Shown here: in pieces, positions 15,586 to 29,886 of the stretch
How the letters are laid out: each line of letters starts with the position of its first letter
Numbering within the stretch: position 1 is the stretch's first letter
Assembly (NCBI GenBank): GCA_964016885.1
Contig: OZ024743.1
Coordinates: 203,608,001-203,672,000, forward strand
DNA from: Eledone cirrhosa
Taxonomy: Eukaryota
Direction of reading: 5' to 3'
Length of the DNA: 64,000 bases
Made by a program: the position numbers and the translations under genes
Notes under the pieces: generated by a model
What the model saw: the letters and a program-made list of their open reading frames with translations, nothing else
Databases searched by the model: none
Told to the model about the DNA's origin: nothing

Positions 15586-16220
15586 ACACTGTGGAGGTCT
15601 TTTGTCCTAAGCCGCCTGGAGTACTGCTCCCAGTTGTGGTCACCCCATTGTGTCAAACTAACTCTGGAGATTGAGGCAATCCAGCGAAGCTACACCAAGA
15701 GGATTGCCAAGATGAGGGAGACAAGCTACTGGGAGAGGCTAAAGGAACTGAACCTCTACTCTTTGGAGCGAAGAGGGGAGAGATACGCAGTGATCTACAT
15801 GTGGAAAATCCTGGAGGGACTAGCACCAAAATTTGACATTGGGAGCTGGACCAACCGTCGAACAGGACGTCACTGTGTGGTGCCAAATGTCCCGTCTTCC
15901 ACATCTAGAATAAGGAGCAGGTATTGCAATAGCCTGGGATTCAAGGGCCCTCAACTCTTCAACAGGCTGCCGAGGGATCTGAGAAACTTGCATGACGTGG
16001 AGGTGGATGTCTTTAAGAAACATCTCGACACCTTGTTATCCAGGATCCCGGATGAGCACACAGCAAGACACGAGGGAAACCTAAGGGCAGCAGCAACAAA
16101 CTCCCTCTTACACCAGTGGCCAAACTATACAGGCTGGAGATAAAATGTGTAGCAACAAGGGCGGTGCCCCAGCATGGCCTCAGCCGGATGGCTGAAACAG
16201 GTAAAAGAGTAAAAGAGCAA
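15583..16220 (+). mobile_element. CR1-type LINE 3' fragment (family C2)
   Basis: [30 protein letters not shown], stop at 16143, TAAAAGAG tail. Confidence 0.88.
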
Positions 16221-16250
16221 TATATATAAATATATAAATATAAATAAATA

Positions 16251-16342
<92 letters not shown>

Positions 16343-16632
16343 AACAAATAACGAAACGAAATTAAATTTCGTTTCGTTTGTAACTCACTTTTGTATGACT
16401 GACGCTTAAACAATTAAGTTAAAAGTGTACATCCACATATGTATACTGAAATACTAGTATGCATATAAATACACACACGTATACATATGTACATGTACCG
16501 AGCTTTTCACTGGACACTTTACTGTGAGTGTTCAGCTAGTCCGTATGTAAACACACAGACAAACCGGATTTTAGAGTCATACTGGTTTTCGAGGAAACAC
16601 CTTTCCTCTATTCTCCAGAGAGCCAGACAGGA

Positions 16633-16675
16633 ATATTGGACTAGTTTCGATGTTATTACATCTCATCAGCAATAT
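16633..16675 (-). ncRNA. Minimal type I hammerhead ribozyme
   Basis: atattg-CTGATGA-gatgt.aata.acatc-GAAA-CTAG-TC-caatat. Confidence 0.88.
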
Positions 16676-17261
16676 AAAACCCATCATCCGGCCTCTCTAG
16701 AGAATCCTAAAAGCACATATCGTTATATGCTTTTTCTATGAAAATCAGTAGTGGGCAGACTAATTTGCATAGAGCGTGAGTACGTACCGGTTCAGCGGAA
16801 ACGATAAAAACAAATAACGAAACGAAATTAAATTTCGTTTCGTTTGTAACTCACTTTTGTATGACTGACGCTTAAACAATTAAGTTAAAAGTGTACATCC
16901 ACATATGTATACTGATGTATGTCTGTGTGTTTACATACGGACTAGCTGAACACTCACAGTAAAGTGTCCAGTGAAAAGCTCGGTACATGTACATATGTAT
17001 ACGTGTGTGTATTTATATGCATACTAGTATTTCAGTATACATATGTGGATGTACACTTTTTTAAGCGTCAGTCATACAAAAGTGAGTTACAAACGAAACG
17101 AAATTTAATTTCGTTTCGTTATTTGTTTTTATCGTTTCCGCTGAACCGGTACGTACTCACGCTCTATGCAAATTAGTCTGCCCACTACTAATTTTCATAG
17201 AAAAAGCATATAACGATATGTGCTTTTAGGATTCTCTAGAGAGGCCGGAGAATGGGTATAT

Positions 17262-17304
17262 ATATTGCTGATGAGATGTAATAGCATCGAAACTAGTCCA
17301 ATAT
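17262..17304 (+). ncRNA. Minimal type I hammerhead ribozyme
   Basis: atattg-CTGATGA-gatgt.aata.gcatc-GAAA-CTAG-TC-caatat; GUC triplet. Confidence 0.88.
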
Positions 17305-17522
17305 TCCTGTCTGGCTCTCTGGAGAATAGAGGAAAGGTGTTTCCTCGAAAACCAGTATGACTCTAAAAACCGGTTTGTCTGTGTGTTTACATACGGACTA
17401 GCTGAACACTCACAGTAAAGTGTCCAGTGAAAAGCTCGGTACATGTACATATGTATACGTGTGTGTATTTATATGCATACTAGTATTTCAGTATACATAT
17501 GTGGATGTACACTTTTAACTTA

Positions 17523-17574
<52 letters not shown>

Positions 17575-17582
17575 TATACGTA

Positions 17583-17641
<59 letters not shown>

Positions 17642-17728
17642 CTACAGTAATGCTTGCATCCACAGAATTATTATTTTTATATGGGTTCCTAGTGTCCGCG
17701 CATTGCCTGGGAACTTAGCTGAGAATAG

Positions 17729-17810
17729 ACTCCCTGATGACGTAAGGATTTCTCTATAGTTGCGTTGCGTAACTATATTTATTCCCTCAGAGAAACTAAT
17801 TAGTTGGAGT
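17729..17810 (+). ncRNA. Type I hammerhead ribozyme in a ~310-bp PLE-end fragment (17638-17950)
   Basis: actcc-CTGATGA-51 nt hairpin region-GAAA-CTAATTAG-TT-ggagt. Confidence 0.78.
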
Positions 17811-18022
17811 GAAAATTTTAGTAAGTAAGTTAATTTAAAAATTTTCTTATTTTACGTCTTTCATACGTTCTGCATCCCCTTGCATAGAACCACAAAGGTA
17901 CTAAGACATAACCTATATATTTGCTAGCATGGGTATACATCTGTATACATATGTTGGTAGATATACTAATTCTATACATATATATATATATATACATATA
18001 TATATATTTATATATATATATG

Positions 18023-18134
<112 letters not shown>

Positions 18135-18281
18135 TACATATATGTATATATATATATATATATATAAAAATATATATATATCAATATATATATATGTATA
18201 TAGATATATATATATATATATAAATATTTATATATATGTATATATATATATATATATAAATATATATACATATGTGTATAT

Positions 18282-18390
<109 letters not shown>

Positions 18391-18445
18391 CATATATAAA
18401 TATATATATATATAAATATATATATATATGCATATATATATATAA

Positions 18446-18526
<81 letters not shown>

Positions 18527-18589
18527 AATATATATATATATGCATATATATATATAAATATATATATATATGTATATATATATATGAAT

Positions 18590-18694
<105 letters not shown>

Positions 18695-18696
18695 TA

Positions 18697-18748
<52 letters not shown>

Positions 18749-18752
<4 letters not shown>

Positions 18753-20344
18753 GGTTTGAGGTTCGCGTACGAGCTCACCTGGAGTGCTTGGAAAAATAAA
18801 TTTCCCCTTCTTTCGGTAAATGAAAATACTCGGCGTGGCTTAATTCGCCATGGGGCACGGGGCGCGGCCGGTGTTTTAACCGCCAAATAGTACCTTTAAA
18901 TTACAGACAAATCGGAACTATTAGATATATCAACCTGAAACTGTTGAACTTTAAATTTTCTAACCTCTTTAATATGGAATATTGATTATTAATTTTTTAA
19001 CTCCATCCTATAAGTCTAAACATTGTAACACACTGACCCCCAATATCTTCACCTCTGCTAAGATGCGGGTCCCTGTGAAAATTTTGTCGCGCCACTCCTG
19101 GCCCGATTGTCATGTGACATTAATATCGACCTTCCTTCCTCTCTCTTTCTATCTTCCTTCTTGTAGCTATCAACCATTACTCTTTTACTTCTCTAAGCAA
19201 AATTTTAAAGTTCCAACTTTCTGTCGGACTGTTGGGTGGGTTTTAATGGCGGCGCGACCAGCTCCCTGGCGAACGAGCTCACCTGGAGTGCTTGGAAAAA
19301 TAAATTTCCCCTTCTTTCGGTAAATGAAAATACTCGGCGTAGCTTAATTCGCCATGGGGCCCGGGGCGCGGCCGGTGTTTTAACCGCCACATAGTACCTT
19401 TAAATTACAGAACAAATCGGAACTATTATATAATAGAATGTTAAAAACTGTTGAATTTAAAATTTTCTAACCTCTTTAATATTGAATATTGATTATTAAT
19501 TTGTTTAACTTCATCCTAGAAGTCTAAACACTGTAACACACTGACTCCCAATATATTCACCTCTGCTTAGATGCGGGTCCCTGTGAAAATTTTCTCGCGC
19601 CACTCCTGGCTTGACTGTGGTCTGACATTAATATCGACCTTTCTTCCTCTTTCTTTCTATCTTCCTTCTTGTAGCTATCAACCCTTACTTTTCTACTTCT
19701 CTCTTCTCTTCCTTCTCTTCTCCCCTCTTCCTGTCTTCCTCCCGCAGACTTATCTTCCTTCCGCCTCTTGCTTTCCTATATCTGACCGGTAGTAGTTGCC
19801 TTTCTTCTTTTAGCTGACATTAACCCTGGATTCTCTTCTTCTTTCTTCCCCCTTCTTCTCTCTCCTTCCTTTCTTTCTTTCTTTTACATTGTGTCATGAG
19901 ATTGACGTTAACTTATGTTCCCATCCCTTTCTGTTTTCGTTTATCTGACCGGTAGTAGCATACTATAAACTTTAGCCACGTCACTCCAGGGCGACCGGCT
20001 GAGGTTGAAGGAACAGAATAGCGGTCGCCCTCGGGTCCTCGATTTTCAGCCCCATGGATTTTATCTATTACATTCACGTATTATATTTCGAATACCTGAT
20101 GATATCACCGGATTCATACGGAACCCGGTCATTGAAATGATCATAGTATAATAAACCTTTCAAGGATTTACACAAATCCAGCCTCTTGTCATTTCATTAT
20201 AATATTTAACTCCGTAATAGCACCAACAACTACAAAAACAAAGACGGTTTAACTGCTTTACCTTGAGTACTCTCTATATTATTGCATTACGATTGACCAT
20301 ACGGAATAGACCAGCTCTATACAGTGGTGAACCTCAAACCTGAA
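18749..20344 (+). mobile_element. Non-coding 1.6-kb element with 16-bp inverted ends, internal ~425-bp direct repeat (period 504) and a 3' hammerhead
   Basis: ttcaggtttgaggttc ... gaacctcaaacctgaa; repeats start at 18769 and 19273; HHR at 20092-20149; TA flanks. Confidence 0.8.
20092..20149 (+). ncRNA. Type I hammerhead ribozyme
   Basis: atac-CTGATGA-(accgg..ccggt stem)-GAAA-TGATCA-TA-gtat. Confidence 0.72.
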
Positions 20345-20368
20345 TATATATATATATATATATACATA

Positions 20369-20454
<86 letters not shown>

Positions 20455-20458
20455 TATA

Positions 20459-20569
<111 letters not shown>

Positions 20570-20577
20570 GTACATAT

Positions 20578-20610
<33 letters not shown>

Positions 20611-20861
20611 AATATATATATGCATATATATATATAAACATATATATATGTATATATATATATATATATATATGTATATGTATATATGTATATATATATA
20701 TATGTATATATATGTATATATATGTATATATAAGTATAAATATATGTATCTATACATATATATATATATATATCTATATCTATACATATATACATATATA
20801 TATATATCAATATATATATATATATATGTATATATATATGTATCTATATATATATATATAG

Positions 20862-21525
20862 AGAAGTATTTAAATGGATACAGTTCAGTTAAAAGGAATT
20901 TATTGACACGTGTTTCAATAACAGTTACATAACCTGAAAATAGCTGCTTTCTACAAAGTATTAATTATGCAGACACTCAATATTTCAATGTTATTATCAA
21001 CTGTCATTTCATCAGAATAATTATATTGAGAACCTGTTTGGTTTTTATAGAGAATATATAGATTTAGAAAAATAACCAACGCCAAATAATGTATTCTATA
21101 AAAATGTCAAAACAACAGATGGGAATCTAATTACTCACTACTACCAAAAATTCTCACTGCTATCAAAAAAATCTCTATCCACTCCCTTAACTATTCTTCT
21201 AATAACTTCACCCCTCCCTCTTAATATTCTATATAAAAACCAAACAGGTTCTCAATAAAATTATTCTGATGAAATGACATTTGATAATAACATTGAAATA
21301 TTGAGTGTCTGCATAATTAATACTTTGTAGATAGCAGCTGTTTTCAGGTTATGTAACTGTTATTGAAACACGTGTCAATAAATTCCTTTTAACTGAACTG
21401 TATCCATTTAAATCCTTCTATTTTCTCCGGATTACTTTTGAAACTACAACTGGAACCGTCGAGCAAAATCTACGTGAGCTGTCCATCTACTGTGTGTAGT
21501 ATTCATATTACAACACTACGGAAAA

Positions 21526-21528
<3 letters not shown>
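20862..21528. mobile_element. PLE-end palindrome (arms 20862-21057 / 21224-21419) with long-stem-II HHRs at 20900-21020 (-) and 21261-21381 (+)
   Basis: ttatt-CTGATGA-92 nt-GAAA-CACGTG-TC-aataa; extra ~110-nt tail on the right arm only. Confidence 0.8.
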
Positions 21529-21607
<79 letters not shown>

Positions 21608-21686
21608 TATCCAGGAGCTTCCAACAGTAATGCTTGCATTCTTTATGGGTTTGTCAATATTTATTTATAAAACTAATCTATATTAT

Positions 21687-21749
21687 ATTTTATTTGATGA
21701 AAGCACACCATAATTTAACTTGGTGTCCTTGAAATATGTATAATGAAAT
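21687..21749 (+). ncRNA. Hammerhead-like motif (C3U core variant)
   Basis: attttat-TTGATGA-aag.cacacca..tggtgt.cctt-GAAA-tatgta-TA-atgaaat. Confidence 0.6.
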
Positions 21750-21842
21750 AAATAGGGTTTTATAAATATAGTTTCCATTTGTTAATATCGTATATATATA
21801 TATATATTTATATATATGTGTGTGTACCTATATATATATGTA

Positions 21843-21891
<49 letters not shown>

Positions 21892-21925
21892 ACCTATATA
21901 TATATGTATCTATATATATATATGT

Positions 21926-22023
<98 letters not shown>

Positions 22024-22024
22024 C

Positions 22025-22135
<111 letters not shown>

Positions 22136-22204
22136 ATCTATATATATATATTAATATATATATATATATATGTGTATCTATATATATATATATATATGTG
22201 TGTA

Positions 22205-22277
<73 letters not shown>

Positions 22278-22291
22278 GTATCTATATATAT

Positions 22292-25200
22292 TTAAAGCAA
22301 ATCGAAATTAAAGCAAATCGAAATTGCTTTTAAATTAATCAATAAACATTTGGATAAACTACGGTGTGTTTTTTCTTCGAATGCTGTCCAGCACCAGCAA
22401 CAACAACAACAGCAGCTACAACGGCAACAACAACAACAGCTACAACAACAACAACAGCAACAACAACAACAACGACAACAACAGTGTGAACCACTCCTTG
22501 ATTCATCAACAATGGACGATCTACTAAATGAAACTATTGACCCCCCCCCAGTAGCCTCTGTCTCACAGCATGAAACGCCACATCCTTTCTCTGGCCCAGC
22601 AGTCCAATCATCACCACTGCCAACATCTCTGCCTACTACTACTACTACAACATTTTTGTCTACTGCTATGTCAAGGAATTTACCTTCTAATACCTGAACA
22701 AGAACTCTCCCTCCCACAGTCCACAAAGGTCGTCAAATCCTACCCAAACCATCATCTACACCTCTCACAACACACACACCCACATACCCACCCACTCGAA
22801 ACCCCATCATTTGCCGCTACTCTCTACGCTATAGAATATGTACGGATAGTGGCTGCAAATTCACCCATTTACCTAGGACAAAACGATCTATCCCCACAAA
22901 CAGCCACCACCATAATACATACTCTAATTTAACACCAACACAACCACCAATAACTCAAACAAGGAATCCACAAATCTGCCGCTTTTCCCTGCGAGACAGA
23001 TTGTGTTTAGACCGGGATTGTCCCTTTACCCATCTCCCGGGGACCCGTCGGACAAATGAAAATAAAATTAAAAATAAAAGCAAAAACAAAAACCATAACC
23101 TACATAAAAATAACCACTACCACAGTCACCAACAGTCTTCTAAACAGGAAACTTCTTCCTCTTTTTTAGCCATAATGAATCTGGCAAAAGAACTGGAAAA
23201 AAACATTCGAGCTATCACCCAGCACCACCCTCCACTATCACCCCACTGCACAAACTCCCATTGCTGCCATTAACAAACAAACAAATTAACAACACACCAA
23301 AACAATTAAAACCATCCACTCTCGCCTCTACATTTTTGCTTAACGCCCAAGGCATCAGCCCTTCCACCAATACTCAAAAATGGAAGATCAAATTCCTGGA
23401 GGACTGGATTGATGTCCATCCAAACCACATCCCTTTCTTCGCCCTCACTGAAACCCATCTCAGTGACCTCCACTTGGAAGCCGAGGTGAAAGTGAAAAAT
23501 TTCAAAGCCATCCGTGCTGATCGCGCTGGCAGAAGAAAGGGCGGAACTGCCATTTATCTCCATAATTCTTTCTCAACAGAGGCTATGAACATATTCACTA
23601 ATGGATACTGTGAAGCAGTCACTGTATTCAGTCAAACCAACAACCTATTAGTAGTTGGGCTCTATAGGCCACCCCAAACGCCTGTACCATGCTTCAGGGA
23701 ATGCCTCAACAGCATAAAGTGTTTCATCCAAGAGTGTCACCCTGACAACATCTTAATGATGGGGGACTTCAACCTCCCCGGAGTTGACTGGTCCACAAAC
23801 AGCCTGCCACCAGGTTCTTCTGCCTCAACCTCTGACAGGGAAGCTGTGGAATCGCTTCTTGACTTCATGGATGATTTCTTCCTATCCCAACTGGTGCTCG
23901 AACCAACGAGGTGCCACAAAAACGTCCTAGACTTAATTTTCAGCAATCACACTGACAATATCCACAATATTGCAGTGGAGAAAACTCTACTCTCTGATCA
24001 TGACATGGTTCTCTGTGATCTGAGATTCCACCGTCCAATATACAAACCCAATGTCATCTCTCCTGTCCATCCGTTTGACGCTATGGATTTCCACAATGCA
24101 AACTGGGATGCGATCAGTCATGATCTTGCACATGTCGACTGGTCCTTCACGCACACTCATACACCCACTAACATCAAAAAGTCCTGGCAGACATTTGTGG
24201 ACACTGTTACAACATATGTGCTAAACACACCCCATTAAGAACTATAAACAAATCTAAGAGCAGAATCCCTAGAAATAGAAAAACGCTCATCAGAAAAATT
24301 AAGAGAACGAACAAAAAAATCAACAAGCTGAAATACTGTCAGCAGCAACACATCAACTTGACTGCCATTTCATCACTAGAGATTAAAAAACATAACCTCC
24401 AAAACAACATAATGTCCCTCATCAACAATCAGAGAAGAGCTGAAGAGGCCTGGGCCATTGAGAAGATCAAACTCAATCCCAAAGTGTTCTTTTCATTTGC
24501 AAAAAAACACAAAATCACTGGCTCTACTGTTGGCCCTCTAATTGATGAAAATGGCACTCTTCAAGACAATGCTAAAACCATGGGTGAGATACTGCAGAAA
24601 CAATACTGCTCTGTTTTCAGCAATCCTGATATGGCCGATCTGGGCTGTATCGGCGATGTTACTCCCCATTACACCTTATCGGACATAACGTTTGGCGCCC
24701 CTGATGTCTTGGCGGCAATAAAGGAAATCAAGCATAATTCAGCAGTAGGTCCCGATAGGTTCCCTGCTTGTGTCTTGAAGGCGTGTCAACACCAACTTGC
24801 ATCTCCTCTTGCCAATCTGTGGCGGAACTCACTGGATGCTGGATATGTGCCAGAAAACCTTCTATCCCAGTCTGTTGTCCCAGTTTTCAAAAAGGGAAAC
24901 AAATCCCTTGCCGTGAATTACCGTCCAATCTCACTCACCTCTCATATCATTAAGGTATTTGAGAGAGTGGTGAGATCGCGAATGACCCACTTCCTTGAGA
25001 GTAACAATATGCTGAACTCCAACCAGCATGGATTCCGTAATGGAAGGGATTGCCTGACGCAGCTACTGCATCACTTTGATGACATTTTGAGAGCCTTGGG
25101 AGAGGGTTCCAACACTGATGTTATCTACCTTGATTTCAGCAAGGCCTTTGACAGGGTTGATCATAACATTCTACTGAGAAAGCTGTCCAATATTGGTGTC

Positions 25201-26364
25201 ACTGGAAAGCTGCTGCAGTGGATCAAGAGCTTCCTGTCAAACAGAACCCAACATGTTGTAGTTGAGGGAGTCAAATCAAGCCCAGCCAAAGTCAGTAGTG
25301 GGGTCCCACAAGGCACTGTGTTGGGCCCACTTCTCTTCATCATCTATATTAATGACATCACTGACATCATCAAACACAGCAACATTAAAATTTTCGCTGA
25401 TGATTCCAAGCTCCAAAAGGTCATCAATGGCGTGGATGACCGGATAAGCCTTCAGTCAGACCTACTGGCTGTTACCCAATGGGCAGAAAAGAACAACATG
25501 TTACTGAACGAAGACAAATTCGAACTGATCCACTTTGGAAAAGAGGATGCTCTGAAACTCCCGTACTCCCTTCCCTCCGGGGAAACTCTCGTGGCATCTA
25601 ACAACATCAGAGACTTGGGAGTAACCGTGGACAGCAACATAAGCTGGACCACGCATATAAGCAGCAAAGTTGACATGGCCCGCAGAATGTGTTCCTGGAT
25701 CCTCAGAACCTTCCAGTCGAGAGATTCCCGCACCATTATCCTTCTCTTCTCTACTTTTGCCCGACCACACCTTGAATACTGTTGTCCACTGTGGTCTCCC
25801 CACACGAAACAAAGTATCATGAAACTTGAAGCTCCTCAAAGGGCAATCACGAAAAAGATAGATGGCATGTCAGACCTTGACTACTGGGGTCGATTAGAAA
25901 ACCTGAAACTTTACTCACTCCAACGTCGCCGTGAGCGTTATATTATCTGCATGATGTGGAAAATGTTCCATCATCACTGCCCAAATGATGTTGGCATCGC
26001 CTTCAAGATACACCCAAGGCTTGGGCCCCGTGCTATCCGTCCCATTCAAAAATCTAAATCGCAACTCATAACAACAATACGGCACAATTATTTCACCTCA
26101 ATCGGCCCTGCTCTCTTCAACATCACACCAGGACACGTCAAAACAGAAACTGACCACACAAAATTCAAGAAGTCTTTGGACAAATTCCTCCAAGTAATCC
26201 CGGACAAACCACCCACACCCGGATATGTCTCCGCAAACAGTAATTCTCTTCTCGAATGGGCCATGGTGCCCAAATCCTGAATTGAAAGACTTCGCCAGGT
26301 GGTGCTATTAAGTTAGACATGGCCTGGGCCAATACTGGCCAAAACATTTCAAAGTTATTCAAAG

Positions 26365-26367
<3 letters not shown>
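22292..26367 (+). mobile_element. Near full-length CR1-type LINE (family C1) in (TA)n
   Basis: Disrupted ORF1 with CCCH-like fingers (~22810-23050), APE endonuclease, RT, 3' (TTCAAAGTTA)2 tail. Confidence 0.92.
23261..26280 (+). pseudogene. LINE ORF2 (APE endonuclease + reverse transcriptase), one frameshift near 24215
   Basis: ALTETHL, LYRPP, MGDFN, LDLIF, SDH (APE); NYRPISL, YLDFSKAFDRV, GVPQGTVLGP, FADD, LQRRRERY (RT). Confidence 0.93.
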
Positions 26368-26458
<91 letters not shown>

Positions 26459-26500
26459 CTATATATATATATATATGTATCTATATATATATATGTATCT

Positions 26501-26603
<103 letters not shown>

Positions 26604-26639
26604 TGTATCTATATATATATATATATGTATCTATCTATC

Positions 26640-26675
<36 letters not shown>

Positions 26676-26715
26676 TATTTATATATATATATGTGTGTAC
26701 ATATATATATGTATC

Positions 26716-26755
<40 letters not shown>

Positions 26756-26757
26756 TG

Positions 26758-26803
<46 letters not shown>

Positions 26804-26809
26804 AATCTA

Positions 26810-26872
<63 letters not shown>

Positions 26873-26921
26873 CTATATATATATATATATATATGTATCT
26901 ATATATATATATATATATGTA

Positions 26922-26979
<58 letters not shown>

Positions 26980-27046
26980 CATAAATATATATAGATATAG
27001 CAAATTTTCTTGATATCGTTTATATTATCTTTTGTCGTATGTGTGT

Positions 27047-27114
<68 letters not shown>

Positions 27115-27393
27115 GTGTGTGTGTGTGTTTGCGTGTGTTTTTGCGTGCTTTTGTGCGTGTGTGTTTGAGCTGTATGAGTGGTGAGCGTTGTGTATGTGTT
27201 GCTTTCTTCTCGTCTTCATTTATTCTTATTTAATATTGCTTTATTATATTCTGAGATCAATATACGGCTGGCAAAAGTTCTCTCGTTGCCATCTTTGACC
27301 CTCGCTAGGCGGCTCTGTTGTTTATTCAATCTATATGAGATGGATTGTTGCGGTCTGAACACGTTAGGATATGAATATATGAACACGTTGGGA

Positions 27394-27458
<65 letters not shown>

Positions 27459-27734
27459 GTTAGGATATGTTGATATTTGGTGGTCAACTCAATAATATTA
27501 TTACCACTACAACCAGCTAGTGCTGAAGCTCTTGTAAACAGTTGCTTCTGAGTCTGCTGATTCTAGAGCTACTGCTGCTACTGGAGCTATGAATTGTAAC
27601 GACTAATGCTACAACGGCTTATAATAAATATAGAGACCAACCTACTACTACTACTGGTACTACTACAACTACTACTAATATTATTATTATTGTTGTTAAT
27701 ATTATTACTAATAGTACCACTAATAATTGTTTTT

Positions 27735-27915
27735 ACTTTGGGCACAAATCCAGCAATTTGAAGGGGAGAGGAAGACGATTAATTCGACCACAGTGCATTA
27801 CTGGTACTTTATTTTATCGACCCTGTAAGGAGATAAAACAAAGCTAACTTGGCGGGATTTGAACTCAGAATGTAAAAGGCTGTAACTGTATGTCGGAAAG
27901 CAAGCTGTCCGGCAG
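27735..27915 (-). mobile_element. tRNA-derived SINE, Octopus-type, diverged
   Basis: ctggtactttattttatcgaccc...gatttgaactcagaa; B-box-like GAGTTCAAATCC on the - strand. Family assignment from recall. Confidence 0.7.
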
Positions 27916-28253
27916 CTCCTATACCAATTCACAAGGCCGGACATATAGAGGACAATACAAAAGATAGGGACAGTCGGGTGTTTACAGAAAAATCGAGTAA
28001 CAATACAAATTCAAATTATTGAGGTGACGGAAGTATGTCATCGTTTGTTCGTCTCTAAATAGACAAAAAGAAAATGGCTATTTTTGTCTTTTTATTGCAC
28101 TATGCTTTTAGCGTTATATATATTTTTTGTTCTTTCATTCTGTGATTCATACATTTTTCCAACAGAACAACTAAATGTTTTATTTTATTCACAAGTTTTT
28201 TTTTGGCGAAACGTTTTGTCATGTATTGTTTAGTGTTGATATTATTTATATGG

Positions 28254-28340
28254 TCTGAGTTCAAATCCCGCCGAGGTTAACTTTGCCTTTCATCCTTACG
28301 GGGTCTATAAAATAAAGTACCAGTAATACACTGGAATAAT
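28254..28340 (+). mobile_element. tRNA-derived SINE fragment, same family, opposite orientation
   Basis: tctgagttcaaatcccgccgaggttaactttgcctttcatcc...aataaagtaccagt. Confidence 0.7.
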
Positions 28341-28841
28341 TGCTGGCCAAAAGTAGTAACAATTATTTATATATTTTTATAAGATTTCCTTTTTATGGTA
28401 ACAGTGGTGGTGGTGTTAGTCGTGGACGGTGTCGTGGTAATGATGTTGGTAGCGTTGGTGTTGATAGTGGTGGTGGTGATGTTGGTCGGGGTAGTGTTAG
28501 TGTTGGTGGTGGTAATGGGGGTGTTCGTAGGGGCGAGGAAAAAGTGTCCTAATTATTAGCTTCGCATTGTCTCCGTTTCCTCGTAGAATGGAAGTGTCGG
28601 AGGTATGACTATTTAACAATAGATATTAACAGAAAAGAAAGGATTAAAAATGGAAGCAACTCTAAGTATATAAAATAGACACACATACAGACATGCATAT
28701 ATATATGTATACATATATATATGTATACATATGTTTTTATAAGTATGTTTGCATGTATGTATGTATGATTATATGCACCTTATAGAATTCCAGTAATAAT
28801 CAGGAGCTGATTATACAGAGCGATTGCCGGTCCAGCAAATA

Positions 28842-29886
28842 TTAGTGTCCTCGTGGGATTCTGGGAATGCGGAGACGGGCCGTTCTTTCTCCCATGTGGG
28901 AGGGGTTCATTATGACCTTGCTGGTTTTGCAAGGAGTCATAGCGTGTTTCATAGCGAGGGCTTCTGACTTGAACAGCACCGAAATGGTGCCGTACTGTCT
29001 GCCCCTCGTTATGTATTCGGTGTCATCTCTGATGCACCTCAGCGCGACTTCGACATCGATCTGTGGAATTAAAGCTGCCCTTTTGGTTTGTGCTGAGATG
29101 CATCTATAATGCACCGTTCTGCGCTCCACTGCCTCAATAGCTTCTACCGGGACAGTTAAGTTAGCCCAGGTTTGCCCTTGCTTGATAAGCTTCCAGACCT
29201 GGGCCAACTTTTCATCTTTGTTTGAGAGGTCCATGTTGAAGCATGGCCTCCTTTTTGCTGCTGCCGCAGCGAAAGTGTTCTTCTTGTTGTCGTTGGGGGT
29301 GTTGTTGTTGTTGTTGTCTTTGTTCTTGTTGGTGCTGTTGTTATCACTGCCGCTGTTATCATTGTTGTCTTTGGTGCCGCCGTTCTCGGTGTAGTTGGTA
29401 ATGTTACTGATGGTGTTGTCGCTATTTGTTTTCATGTTAGTGATGTTGATATTTTTGTTGCATTTTTCATTATTTCTGTTATCTGTATTTTCGTTGTCAC
29501 TGTTGCTGTCATTTGTTTCAAAATTAGAGTTCTCAGTGTTCTTATCATTGCTGTCTTTGTTCACATTGTTTGTGGTGGTGTTTGTTGTATCAATTTCTGT
29601 TAATTTCGCCGTAGCGCTCCTCTCAACTTCTACGTCGTTGTCGCACGACAGCAGACATATCGTTTGGCGTGGCTCAGCCATGTTTTTTTTTTTTCATAAT
29701 GTTTGTTTAAATGTAAAAGAGTTCAAATATTTGGGTCAAAAGGCCCAAATATTATTCTTTCCCCTTCACAGGGCAAAGTCCAAAGGCTTGTATGCCTTAC
29801 ACAACAACAAAAAATTCAATAAATAAGTTTTGACAGGTAAATAAATAAACTTACGGGAGCGAGCAAAAAGACGTCCATTCAGACTC
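28842..29886 (-). mobile_element. 5' fragment of a Tx1/L1-like LINE (5' UTR + N-terminal part of ORF1, 28842-29681)
   Basis: Starts next to (AAT)n with ggacgtctttttgctcgctccc. The ORF has an Asn/Thr-rich N-terminus, TFAAAAAK, then an RRM-like segment ending MGERTARLRIPRIP. Family call from resemblance only. Confidence 0.55.

Larger units (their letters stand above)
16340..17526. mobile_element. Retrozyme-like family R1 (466-bp unit), inverted partial-tandem insertion
   Basis: 16340-16914 (~1.2 units) then inverted 16920-17526 (~1.3 units). One HHR per unit; no coding capacity. Confidence 0.85.

Noticed and set aside
22350-22726. Host poly-Gln or Cys-rich protein gene
   Set aside because: (CAA/CAG)n inside the 5' region of a LINE; no splice support.
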